A DNA stretch of 64,000 nt from an uncultured delta proteobacterium (GTDB lineage Bacteria > Desulfobacterota > Binatia > UBA9968): assembly GCA_963745835.1 (NCBI GenBank), contig CAVUZH010000003.1, positions 480,001 to 544,000 on the forward strand. Reading direction: 5' to 3'. The notes below the pieces were generated by a model, which worked only from the letters and a program-made list of their open reading frames with translations, had not been told where the DNA came from and did not search any database. A program made the position numbers and the translations under genes. Below, piece by piece: positions 9,687-19,355 of this stretch; position 1 is the first letter of the stretch; every line of letters begins with the position of its first letter.

Positions 9687-9914
9687 ATGGCTGACCGTAT
9701 TTCAAAGCTGCCCCGCGGTAAAAAAATCCCGCCCATCGATGTTGTCCGCGCCAGATTACGCAATCACGTCGAGGTTGTCCTAGCGTCCAATAACGAGCCA
9801 CTAATCCGGATGGTTGAGCGGTTTTTTACCGAAACGATCGACCGGCTAATCCAAAAGCGGCCCAAAGGCGAGGTCGTTCCGATAAAGCAAAAGACTCCGA
9901 AGACTGATAAGTAA
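9687..9914 (+). CDS. Small hypothetical protein
   Basis: 75 aa ORF with a GGAG RBS and plausible amphipathic helices. Confidence 0.5.
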   Translation: MADRISKLPRGKKIPPIDVVRARLRNHVEVVLASNNEPLIRMVERFFTETIDRLIQKRPKGEVVPIKQKTPKTDK

Positions 9915-10191
9915 GTACAACGCTTGTCAGGGCGCTGCACCCGCTCGCGCTGGATTACCCACTAAAATCGGGTTGTCGGCGGCGTAAGTTGGACAAGTTT
10001 GGATCACAAAACGGCCGACCAGCATGAAATAATCCTCAGGACTGCTCAGGTCTCGACTCACTTTTCCCACTGCAGTAAGCCGCTGTTTCCCACAATTCAT
10101 GCGATTCAAGATGACCATTGTGCTCGCCAATCTTGCCAGGTCGTCTCGTCCGTTGTTATATAGGATGACGCACTAAGAATAGGACTATTCA

Positions 10192-10968
10192 ATGAAAATG
10201 ATTTCACCTGTTAGCGAGTCGGCATACTCCAAAGCCGTAATCGCAGAGTACGGAACTCTCTTGTTTATCTCGGGACAGGAGTCGATCGATCAAGACGGAA
10301 GACTGATCGCGCCCGGGGATTTTAACGGACAGATTCAGCAGGTTTGGAACAACATGCGAGCCATCCTGGACAAGGCCGGCGGCACGCTCGACAAGATTGC
10401 CACGATGACGGTTTACACCACCGAACGCCGCTGGGGCCGGCAGTTTACCGGTGGTCGAAAAGAGATTTTCAAGCAAGGTTTTCCGGCCAGTGCATTTGTC
10501 GAAGCTAGAAAACTCCGGACTCCGGGAGCGCTGCTACAGATTCCGGCCATCGCCGTTTTGGATGAAAGGAAAAGAAATATGAGCGAGTCGCCTGAGAAAT
10601 TATTCATCGATCCGTTACCTCAACTTGGGCAGTCACGGGCCGTCAAGGTGCACGGAGGCAGTATGGTTTTTCTTGCCGGTCATACGGCTGGAGAAATGCC
10701 CAACGGCAGCGAAGCCTTCAATTTTACGCTCCAGGCAAAGCGTACGTTTGACAGGATAAAAACCTCCATAGAATCAGCCGGCGGCCGGCTATCCGATATC
10801 GTCAGCATGTCGGTGTTCATGACCGATATGCGGCACGTGTCCGAGTTTCAGAACGTGCTCAGAGATCTTTTCGGTGACAATTTGCCGGCGAGCTCCTACG
10901 TGGAGGTAACCCATTTGGCTCGACCGGAACTTCTGATAGAGATTCAACCCATCGCCATCGTGGCCTAA
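10192..10968 (+). CDS. Tandem double RidA/YjgF/UK114-domain protein
   Basis: Two repeats: LFISGQ..AGGTLDKI..FPASAFVE and VFLAGH..AGGRLSDIV..LPASSYVEVTHL..LIEI. Confidence 0.85.
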   Translation: MKMISPVSESAYSKAVIAEYGTLLFISGQESIDQDGRLIAPGDFNGQIQQVWNNMRAILDKAGGTLDKIATMTVYTTERRWGRQFTGGRKEIFKQGFPASAFVEARKLRTPGALLQIPAIAVLDERKRNMSESPEKLFIDPLPQLGQSRAVKVHGGSMVFLAGHTAGEMPNGSEAFNFTLQAKRTFDRIKTSIESAGGRLSDIVSMSVFMTDMRHVSEFQNVLRDLFGDNLPASSYVEVTHLARPELLIEIQPIAIVA

Positions 10969-11055
10969 CAGGCTGCTGAAAAAGACCCATATGCTTCGTT
11001 ACGCTCAAATCGCCTCTCGGGTCTTTTTGAACAGCCTGCAACCAAAGTTTTTCAC
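10965..11055. mobile_element. MITE family A, copy 1 (internally deleted)
   Basis: CAGGCTGCTGAAAAAGACCCATATGCTTCGTT...TCTTTTTGAACAGCCTGCAACCAAAGTTTTTCA matches the ends of the copies at 21646 and 37881. Confidence 0.75.
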
Positions 11056-11525
11056 CAGAGAGCGCACCATGCGATTACCTTCTTTGGTGATATGCCCATG
11101 GCGTTCGGTCTCCGCGCTCTGACGCACCCGCGGCGCCAACCCAAAGTAGCTGGCCAACTTCTTAGCATTAGAAAATCGAGCAATCTCGCCAATCCAGCAG
11201 CTCATCGCCACCGCACTGACCGCTCCCACTCCCGGGATCGTCATCAGCCGCTTAGCCGAGCCATCTTCAAGAGCGATCTTCATCAACTCTTTGTCCAGTC
11301 CTCCATCTGCCGATTGACAAACCCCAAAAGCTCCACATCTTCTCCCACAATCCTCGGAGCATAGCCGCTGAGATCCTCGGCTCCCGAGACTTGGGGTTGG
11401 GCCCGCTGAAGCTTGGCTTGGGGATCGATGTTTCGCTTGGCGTAAACCGCACGCAGTTCGTTGATCACAGCGGTTCGTTGACGCACCAGGCGCGCCCGGT
11501 GGGTCAGAAGCTCGCGAATATGGCG
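11056..11525 (-). pseudogene. IS110-family transposase fragment, truncated and frameshifted
   Basis: RQRTAVINELRA.. and LMTIPGVGAVSA..IGEIARFSNAKKLASYFGLAPRVRQSA..GHITKEGNRMVR (Transposase_20 motifs) lie in different frames; the N-terminal DEDD domain is missing. Confidence 0.85.
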
Positions 11526-11569
11526 TTGTTTTGAGGAGGGACAAGTTCAGCAACCTACTAGGAGAATGG

Positions 11570-12574
11570 ATGCAACTACTTTTCCTCGTGCTATTAACTT
11601 TCCTACTGGGATCTTCGTTCGATCTTGCTTATGCCCAATCCGAAGATGAGCTCATAGCCGGAGCCAAGAAGGAGGCAAAAGTCACCTTCTGGAGCGGCAT
11701 GGCGCTGGACGATTCGCGTCTGGTGGCCGCCGGGTTCGAGAAAAAATATCCCTTCATCAAGGTCGATATCTTCCGGGCGGGAGGCGAGCAGATCGTGAAC
11801 CGCGCCATCGCCGAGACAGGCGCCGGACAAAACACAGCCGACGTACTCAATGCATTCGCTTTGAAGGTGCTGCAAGAAAGAAATTTTCTGCAACCGTACG
11901 CCGCCCCTGAAGCGGCCGCTTATCCGGCCGCCTACAAGGATCCCAAAAATTTCTGGGTATCGTTGAAGAACAATTACAATGTCATCGGTTACAATTCGAG
12001 GCTGGTCAGTCCTCAGGAAGCTCCCAAGAACTGGGAAGATCTCCTGCATCCACGTTGGAAAGACAAGCTTGGCATGGACGACGAAGAGTACTTCTGGTAC
12101 GCCGGGATGCTCAAACACTGGGGCGAAGCGAAAGGCAAAAAATACATGGAAGCGCTGGCCAAGCAGGGCATTCAGTGGCGTAACGGCCACAATCTCCTGG
12201 TCGAACTGATGGGCGCCGGCGAGTACCCGGTGTCGGTCGTGATCTACCCTGAACGCGCCGAACAACTCAAAGCCAAAGGGCAAACCGTCGAGTGGGTGAA
12301 AACCACCGATCCGATTCTGGTCAATATGGACATCATGGGCATCGCCGCCAAAGCGCCGCACCCTAACGCGGCAAAACTGTTTTTTAACTATGTGCTTTCC
12401 AAGGAAGCGCAGATGATTCTTCACAGCCGCCATCGCATCTCGGCGCGCACGGATATCCCGCCGCTGGTAGCGAGCATGGAGCCCAAGAAACTTCCATTGG
12501 TGCCGCTCGATCCGGCGATTCCGACGAATGCGAGCATCGTTCGGGAGTTCCGATCTGTCTTCGGATTGAAGTAA
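11570..12574 (+). CDS. ABC-type Fe3+/thiamine-like extracellular solute-binding protein
   Basis: Signal peptide; AKKEAKVTFW, PKNWEDLLHPRWK and APHPNAAKLF motifs. Confidence 0.9.
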   Translation: MQLLFLVLLTFLLGSSFDLAYAQSEDELIAGAKKEAKVTFWSGMALDDSRLVAAGFEKKYPFIKVDIFRAGGEQIVNRAIAETGAGQNTADVLNAFALKVLQERNFLQPYAAPEAAAYPAAYKDPKNFWVSLKNNYNVIGYNSRLVSPQEAPKNWEDLLHPRWKDKLGMDDEEYFWYAGMLKHWGEAKGKKYMEALAKQGIQWRNGHNLLVELMGAGEYPVSVVIYPERAEQLKAKGQTVEWVKTTDPILVNMDIMGIAAKAPHPNAAKLFFNYVLSKEAQMILHSRHRISARTDIPPLVASMEPKKLPLVPLDPAIPTNASIVREFRSVFGLK

Positions 12575-12701
12575 TAGGTGATCTTACGCGCACAGCGCAA
12601 TTAGCCATTCAAGCATCCGCACGTGCCACGTTCACGGGCACGAAACCGCTTACGGTGATACGTTGCGCGCAGTTAGCCGGCCGAAAGGAGAGGACGTGAC
12701 G

Positions 12702-13475
12702 ATGGAAATGACAAGTGACAAGTTCGTCTTGTTCACCCAACCTGGTTGAAGCAGTTGCCTTAGAACGAAAGAGTTTCTTTCGAAAAAAGGCATCGATTTT
12801 TCAACTATCGACGTTCTGAACGATCCCGCGGGGCGAGAGCAGTTGCTCAGCCTGGGAGCGCAGAGTGTGCCGGTCCTGTCAAAGGATGGCCAGTTCATCT
12901 TCTGTCAGAATATGGAAGACGTCGCGGAATTCGTCGGCCTGCAAGGCAGCGGACACAGTCCTCTTCCTCCCGAAGCATTGGTCGAAAAGTGGATCACCGT
13001 GCTGCGCGCATCGCAACGCTACGTCCGCCAGATTCCCAACCCGCGACTCACGGAACGAGCTATCGAAAATCGCGACCGCTCGATCCGGCTCCTAAGCCAT
13101 CACATCTTTCGCATCGGCGAAGCTTTCCTCGAGACCGCGTTGGATGATGTGGAATACCGCACCAACAATGCCAACGTGCCGCCCGCCGATGGCAGCTGCC
13201 TGACCGGTGTAGCGATTGCGGCTTATGGCGACGGGATTATCGAACGGATTGAGAACTGGTGGACCCAGCTTGAAGACAAATCCTGCCGGCAAAAGGTCAG
13301 AACGTTTTATGGCACGCCGCCGATGCACCAACTGTTGGAGCGCTCAACCTGGCACTCGGCGCAGCATGCGCGCCAAATGATCGCCGTGCTCGAGCGCTTG
13401 CGCATTGAACCCGACAATCGGTTAACCGCTGAGGATCTTGCCGGACTACCTCTCCCGGAAGGGATTTGGGAGTAG
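12702..13475 (+). CDS. Selenoprotein: UxxC glutaredoxin-like domain fused to a DinB/YfiT-like domain
   Basis: AGGAGAGG RBS then ATG 12702 gives MEMTSDKFVLFTQPG-U(TGA 12747-12749)-SSCLRTKEFLSKKGIDFSTIDV..LGAQSVPV, in frame with ORF 12843..13475. The C-domain has SHHIF and ERSTWHSAQHARQ. Confidence 0.85.
12756..12792 (+). promoter_or_regulatory. Bacterial SECIS-like hairpin
   Basis: TGCCTT(12756-61)/AAGGCA(12787-92) lower stem, AGAA/AAAA internal loop, CGAAAGA(12766-72)/TCTTTCG(12776-82) upper stem, and an apical loop starting with G about 23 nt after the UGA. Confidence 0.7.
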
Positions 13476-13707
13476 TAGAGCATCAGCGATGTTTCACGAT
13501 GAGGCTTCAAAAATCTCACGTGGTCCTCGGGTGTAAGCGTAGTGCGTCGTTCCCGTCAACCGTAAGCAGGACCTCGCCGAAACGTTAGTTGTTAATCCAC
13601 AAGACTTTGCCAATCTCGCCTCCTGCTGATTTGCATAGGCTTGCGAGATTGGCTACTGTCGAAAGTTCTACAATCAGCTGCAAACCCACGTTCATTTCTG
13701 GAGGAAA

Positions 13708-14970
13708 ATGCCCAAGCACGCCGAAAGCGCGCAGAGTGGAGCCGCATCAGCTAAACCGGTGGCTTTCGCTGCGTTGCGCCACCGTGATTTTCGTGTTTTC
13801 TTTCCGGCCACCATGCTCGCCATGATGGCCGACAATATCGAGCACGTGATCAGTTACTGGTTGTTGTTCGAGAAGTTTCAGTCGCCTGTGCTGGCGGGCT
13901 TTGCCGTGATCAGTCATTGGACGCCGTTTCTCTTGCTCTCTGTTTACTTCGGCGGCCTGGCCGATCGCTACGATTGCCGCAAGCTGATTCAGATTGCCCA
14001 AGTGATGTATATGGCGGTTTCGGTCGCTTGGGCAATTCTCTTTTTCACGGATAGTCTCGAGGTTTGGCACGCCTGCGTGCTGCTCGTGATTCACGGCATC
14101 GCCGGCGTCTTCTGGACACCTGCCGAGCAACTGCTGATTCATGACATTGTCGGCCCCGAAGATCTGCCGAGCGCGGTGCGGCTAAACTCGACAAGCCGGC
14201 AGTTGGGGATTTTGCTCGGGCCGGCGGTGGGCGGCGCGATGATGCTGTGGCTCGGCGCGCCGGCCGGCTTGCTCATCAATGCGATCATTTATCTGCCGTT
14301 AACTGTCTGGCTGATGATCGTTCCTTATACCGGCCATATCCGCGACGATGCGCCGCCGCGGCGCGCAATGGCTTGGAAGGATGCCATCGGCACGGTGCGG
14401 CAGATAATGGAGCACCGGCCGATTGTGACCATGATCGCGTTGGGCGGCGCTGCCTCGCTATTTGTCGGCAATGCGTTTCACGCTCAGATGCCGGAGTTTG
14501 CCCATGACCTCGGCACGGAGAAAGCAGATCTGACGTACAGCGCTTTGCTTGCCGCCAATGCCGCGGGGGCGGTAGTGGGCGGGTTCGTGCTCGATGGCAA
14601 GGACTGGGTGCCACCGACGGTGAGGTCGGCTATTCTCTGCGCAATCTTGTGGTGCGTGGTGATGGCGGCTTTCGCTTTTTCCTACAGCTATCCGTTGTCA
14701 GTGGCGCTGTTGTTTTGCGCCGGAGCTCTGAATCTCGCCTTCTACTCCACGGCGCAGACTATCGTTCAGCTGCAGGCGCCGATTGATTTGCGCGGCCGGC
14801 TGATCGGTTTGTTTACCATGTCAGCCTATGGCCTGCGCGCCTTCAGCGGCGTTACCGTCGGCGTGGTCGGCGGCTTGATCGGTATCCACTGGTCTCTGGC
14901 GCTGAGCTCGATGATTCTTCTGGGCATTACTCTGGCATTATTCGCTTTTGCGCTGCCTGCGCAAGAATGA
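13708..14970 (+). CDS. MFS transporter
   Basis: About 12 TM segments; FAALRHRDFR, GGLADRYDCRK and LRGRLIG motifs. Confidence 0.9.
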   Translation: MPKHAESAQSGAASAKPVAFAALRHRDFRVFFPATMLAMMADNIEHVISYWLLFEKFQSPVLAGFAVISHWTPFLLLSVYFGGLADRYDCRKLIQIAQVMYMAVSVAWAILFFTDSLEVWHACVLLVIHGIAGVFWTPAEQLLIHDIVGPEDLPSAVRLNSTSRQLGILLGPAVGGAMMLWLGAPAGLLINAIIYLPLTVWLMIVPYTGHIRDDAPPRRAMAWKDAIGTVRQIMEHRPIVTMIALGGAASLFVGNAFHAQMPEFAHDLGTEKADLTYSALLAANAAGAVVGGFVLDGKDWVPPTVRSAILCAILWCVVMAAFAFSYSYPLSVALLFCAGALNLAFYSTAQTIVQLQAPIDLRGRLIGLFTMSAYGLRAFSGVTVGVVGGLIGIHWSLALSSMILLGITLALFAFALPAQE

Positions 14971-14984
14971 CTGGCGGTATGCCG

Positions 14985-16518
14985 TTAGGACGATTTCGCT
15001 TCAGCATTGTCGACTGAAGCGTTGTCTGGAGCAGCGACGGCCGATCGTTTCTCAAGCCGCACCGAGAAGTCCTTCCGCTGAATGAAGATTTGCCGGGTAT
15101 CTTTGCGTTGCGCCAAGGAGCTGATCAACGTTACCAGAGGCGTTGCCGTGCTCGTGTAATCCTTTGCCGGCGCCGCCGCCTTCATACTGGCAACATAATC
15201 TTCTCCGGCAAAATAACGGAGAATTTTCTCATCGTCCGAGACGCCGTCGCCGCCAAATTTCGCTCTAAACTCCTTGACTGAAATCTCCGGCAGCGTCCAT
15301 TTGGCCAGCTCCTTGGCGCGCGGCCGGCTGAGAATCTTATCTCTCACATTGGCATCGATGGAGCGCGCTTCCTCTTCGCCCCAGTGACCAAGCGCGTACT
15401 GGATCATTTCATCGGTGATCTCTCTGTAACGTTCTCCAACCATGACGTTGATCGCCGCTTGCACGCCGACAAATTGGGAATAGGGGGTCACCATGATCGG
15501 GTAGCCAAACTCCGCCCTGACCCGAACCACCTCCTCGAGCACCGCGTCCAGTTGATCGAGCTTGCCGAGGTTTGCCAGTTGGAAGCGGAAGTTTGAGATC
15601 ATTCCGCCGGGCACCTGATGAATCGGATGAAAGGCGTCATACTCGACCGGCCTGCCGATGGGAAGATTCTTTTGTCTCGCGACCGCGGTGAAATGCTCGG
15701 TCACCGGCTTGAGAGCCTCTTCGTCGATCGCGGTGGAGTAACCCAGCGCCCGGGCGTTCATCGCGACATTGAAGATCGACGGGTTAGAGGAAGCCTCCGC
15801 GAGAGGAGGGATCGCTGTGTTGATCGAGCGGATTCCCGCGCTTGATCGCCTCCAGGCAGGATGGCGCGCCCAGCCCGGTGGTGCAGTGGGTGTGAAACTC
15901 GACCGGTTTACCGTTGGCATTCTCGAGGATCAACGGAACCAGCGCGCGGGTTCGCTCCGGCGTGAGCAGTCCTCCCGGATCTTTGAAGCAGATGCGCGCC
16001 ACGTCGAGTTTGGCGGCTTCGCGAATTCTTTGGAGAAAATAGTCATCGGTGTGTTTCGGCGATATCGAATAAATAATGTTGAGAATCGTTTTGAGGCCGA
16101 GCCGATTGGCGCCGGCCACCGACTCTGCCCAGTACGATGGAGTATTGGAAGGATCCGAGGTGCGCAGCTCGGAGATCCCGTTAGCGGCTAATCGCTCGAG
16201 CCAGAGCTCGGCGATGGCGGTTGGGGTGATCTGAAACGCCAGCATGGAGCGGCTGCGGATCGCACGGAGCGGTGTTTTTTTAGCCCGTTGCGCCACCAAC
16301 CGCGTGCGTTCCCAAAGATCTTCTTTTAGATCGCGAACCGCCTTCTTAAAAAATGCCGAGGAGATCAGCTCGAATGCCTCAAAGCCGGCTGCGTCGATAG
16401 AATCGATAATCGGCAGCATCATGCGGGTGGTCATATTAGAGGCCCACAGACTCAACTGCCCATCGCGCAAGGTGGTGTCGACGAAACGAATTTCACCGGT
16501 TTGTTTCATGTCGTTCAT
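14985..16518 (-). pseudogene. Pyruvate carboxylase subunit B / oxaloacetate decarboxylase alpha-like carboxyltransferase with a single frameshift
   Basis: DTTLRDG, CFKDPGG and EFHTH lie in ORF 15784..16518; HQVPGGMISN and YPIMVTPYSQ lie in ORF 14985..15920. Removing one C from the CCC at 15835-15837 joins them as CLEAIKRGIRSINTAIPP. Confidence 0.85.
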
Positions 16519-16859
16519 AGTTCATTTATTGATAAGCATCCCCAGGTTCAAGCGATAATGCGATCAAGCGGCAAGCCTTCCGGAGCGAACAATAAGCTCT
16601 TTGTGCAGGCCCGGATCATTCATCCTTCGAGGAAAAACGATGACTCTGTGTTGCCCGAAGAGTGAGCCTCGAAGCGAGCGGGCACAGGAACGTAAAAGTG
16701 CGCGACTTTTATCGAGTTGGCAATAAGCTTCGTTTCTTCCTGCTGTACACTCTACCACTCAGGTTGCATGCCTCCTCAAGGACAGGCCCATTGCCCGCGA
16801 CCGGAGAGGCTCGCTCCTCGGGCATTCTTGAATTCGAAATGAACAAGAGCTGTCATAGG

Positions 16860-18359
16860 TCACAAAGCGGTGGTGCTGGCCGGCGGCCGGCGGTGGCGCG
16901 TTGCCTGCTCGTAGGCATAGGCCAGTTTGATCATCTTGCCCTCCTCGTACGGCCGGCCCAGGAAGGTGATTCCCGCGGGTAAATTGTCGCGCGTGTAGCC
17001 GGCGGGAACCACGATGGAAGGAACGAAGATCAGAAACGTATTGATGTGCGGCGCGCCTTTCTGATCGACGTAAGGTGGATTAATCCCGTCCTTGATCAAG
17101 GTCGGTTGGTGCTCCACCGCCTTGTGGACGATCGCGTCCAGACGGTTATCGGCCATCACCTTCAATACATTGGTCATCAGTTGCTCGCGCGCCTTGAGGT
17201 ATTCGTAATGCGCAGCCGGTTCGCCGGTCCTGCTCCATCTTTCGCGCGAGCCTTTGATGACTTTGGCGAAGTCCGGCGATTTCATGGCGTCTTCGCGGGT
17301 TTTATACGGCGCGCCGGAATTTCTGCCAAAGTAAGTTTTGAATGATTCCTGTTCGATGGCCAGGCTGCCGGAGCGCTTGGCGAGCAAGGCTTTTAAATTG
17401 GGAATGACGATCGGATCGACAATCTCCGCTCCCATGCTTTTCAACTCGTCAACGGCCTTGTCGAAAACTTCCTCGATCTTGTGGAAGTCTTCGGAGTTGG
17501 GTTCGGTCGCGTATCCCATGGCTTCGCGCAAAATCCCGATGCGCGCGCCTTTGAGGCCGTTCTTATCGAGAAAGCTTGTGTAGCTTTCCGGAATCTGTCC
17601 GACACCCCTGGCGGTGAGAGGATCTTCCGGGTCATAGCCGACCATGACATCGAGCAGCTTGGCGAGATCTTCCATCGAACGGGTCATCGGTCCGAGGGAT
17701 CCGACCGGCGATGGCCATCCGGCGTAGACTCCGCTGCGACTGACTAAGCCGGCGGTCGGGCGCATGCCGCACACCGAATTCCACGTCGATGGCCGCCGAA
17801 TCGATGCAAAGCCCTCCTGGCCGATGGCAACCGTGCAATAGTTGGCGGCAACACTCGCTGCCGAGCCTCCTGAAGATCCGCCCGCGGTGCGATCCAGGTC
17901 ATACGGATTGCGCGTCGAGCCGAAAAGAGAACCGTGGGTATCGCCGCCGCCTAACTCGCCGAGCGTGGCTTTCCCAAGAATCACGGCGCCCGCCCGTTTA
18001 AGCTTTTCTACCGCGAAGGCGTCGCGCTGCGGATAATAATCCTTGAACAACACGGAGCCCAGGGTGGTCGGCATTCCCTTGGCATCGCCTTGATCCTTCA
18101 TGATCACCGGGATCCCGTGTAGCGGACCGACAAAGCCGGACGTTTTGAAAGCGGCATCAAGGCGTTCAGCTTCGCCTAACGCCAGTGGGTTGATAGAGAT
18201 GATGGCATTGATCGCCGGGCCTTTTTTGTCGAAAGCCTCGATGCGATCCAAATACATCTGTACCAGCCGCTGTGCCGTAAGCTGGCCGGATCGGTAAGCG
18301 CTATGAACGCTCTCGATGGTGGCTTCGATGATGTTGAAGGGCTGGTTTGCTTCAGTCAT
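16860..18359 (-). CDS. Amidase signature family protein
   Basis: GPLHGIPVIMKD, RNPYDLDRTAGGSSGGSAA and ASIRRPS motifs; AGGAGA RBS before ATG 18359. Confidence 0.92.
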   Translation of the reverse strand: MTEANQPFNIIEATIESVHSAYRSGQLTAQRLVQMYLDRIEAFDKKGPAINAIISINPLALGEAERLDAAFKTSGFVGPLHGIPVIMKDQGDAKGMPTTLGSVLFKDYYPQRDAFAVEKLKRAGAVILGKATLGELGGGDTHGSLFGSTRNPYDLDRTAGGSSGGSAASVAANYCTVAIGQEGFASIRRPSTWNSVCGMRPTAGLVSRSGVYAGWPSPVGSLGPMTRSMEDLAKLLDVMVGYDPEDPLTARGVGQIPESYTSFLDKNGLKGARIGILREAMGYATEPNSEDFHKIEEVFDKAVDELKSMGAEIVDPIVIPNLKALLAKRSGSLAIEQESFKTYFGRNSGAPYKTREDAMKSPDFAKVIKGSRERWSRTGEPAAHYEYLKAREQLMTNVLKVMADNRLDAIVHKAVEHQPTLIKDGINPPYVDQKGAPHINTFLIFVPSIVVPAGYTRDNLPAGITFLGRPYEEGKMIKLAYAYEQATRHRRPPASTTAL

Positions 18360-18390
18360 ATATTTCTCCTTCACGTGTATCAGGATTTAA

Positions 18391-18603
18391 CCCTAATCCG
18401 ACATTATTTTGGAGCGGGCGAGGCCGGCGACCCCTACAGCCGTGGGCAATAGAGCAGTGCCTTGAAGGCCACCCCGCATTCCCCTCAGGGTGATGTTTTG
18501 TACGTCGGGACCTTAGTGTAAACTATGCGCTCGGATGCCCACGGCTTGCGGTCTCGCCCTCCTCGCTCACTGCTGAAGGTGCTCAACTTTTGTCGGATTA
18601 GGG
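18391..18603. mobile_element. MITE family B (213 bp) with 13-bp TIRs flanked by TTAA
   Basis: TTAA|CCCTAATCCGACA ... TGTCGGATTAGGG|TTAA, with internal inverted repeat AGCCGTGGGCA (18438-48)/TGCCCACGGCT (18536-46); non-coding. Confidence 0.75.
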
Positions 18604-18625
18604 TTAACATTTTCACGGCGCTCGC

Positions 18626-19231
18626 CTACAAAAGCGGTTTAACCGATGGGCGCTGCTTCATCTTCTGCAGCCAGCCATCGAGCCGCGGCAAGGAAGGATC
18701 CGGCAGGGCGCCATAGTCTTCGAATCGGAAAAAGCGCGCCAGCAGATCGATATCAGTCAGGCTCAGTTCGCCGAGAAAATACGGCTTGTCGCCCAGCGCG
18801 TCTTCGAGATAGCGCATGAGTTCTCTTAAATTCCGGCGCGTCTCGCCGATGATGGTCTGATCGCGCTCGGTGTCCTTCTTCAACATCTCGCCGCGCAATG
18901 CCCAGTAAGGCTCATGCATGTATCTCAAACCGTAGTCGACCAAAACGCGGCCGCGCGCGCGCAGATACGGATCTTTCGGCATCAGCGCAGGCTGCGGATA
19001 CTGCTCGTCCAAGTATTCATTGATGATGCAGGATTCAAAAAGCACTTTGCCGTTGTCATTGATCACCGGCACCTTGCCGTACGGATTGAGCTTTAAGAAT
19101 TCAGGTTGCTTCTGTTCTTTCTTCGCAAGGTCGAGGGTCACCCGTTGGTAGGCGAGTCCTTTCTCATGCAGAACGATTTTTACCCGATCGCTGTTAGCCG
19201 AGGGCGACGCATCGTACAACGTAATGGCCAT
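18626..19231 (-). CDS. Glutathione S-transferase family protein
   Basis: LYDASPSANSDRV, LNPYGKVPV, LFESCIINEYLDE and YFLGELSLTDI motifs. Confidence 0.92.
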   Translation of the reverse strand: MAITLYDASPSANSDRVKIVLHEKGLAYQRVTLDLAKKEQKQPEFLKLNPYGKVPVINDNGKVLFESCIINEYLDEQYPQPALMPKDPYLRARGRVLVDYGLRYMHEPYWALRGEMLKKDTERDQTIIGETRRNLRELMRYLEDALGDKPYFLGELSLTDIDLLARFFRFEDYGALPDPSLPRLDGWLQKMKQRPSVKPLL

Positions 19232-19355
19232 AGGTTCCTCCCGCAAGGTAAAATCGCCGGAACGGCGCATTGCAGATCATAGGAATCTTATATTTAGAAG
19301 TCGCGGCGATTTGCAATCTGTTGCTGCATTTCTATTGGTTGGATTGACGAGACGG

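Noticed and set aside
11603-12433. Long antisense ORFs (e.g. 11603..12433, 20551..21387, 25088..25786, 8547..9194)
   Set aside because: They are shadows of well-supported genes on the opposite strand in GC-rich DNA, with no motifs of their own.
12843-13475. ORF-track start at TTG 12843
   Set aside because: It starts mid-glutaredoxin domain with no RBS; the upstream ATG with Sec read-through explains the sequence better.
15825-15845. Programmed ribosomal frameshift in the carboxyltransferase
   Set aside because: No slippery heptamer or stimulatory structure was seen; a homopolymer indel is simpler.
16564-16850. Small ORFs between the amidase and carboxyltransferase genes, checked for a biotin carrier
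   Set aside because: No AMKM-type biotinylation motif or other recognisable coding signal.
18411-18570. Long hairpin considered as 6S RNA or a riboswitch
   Set aside because: It is enclosed by perfect TIRs with a TTAA duplication, which a MITE explains better; no riboswitch consensus was recognised.
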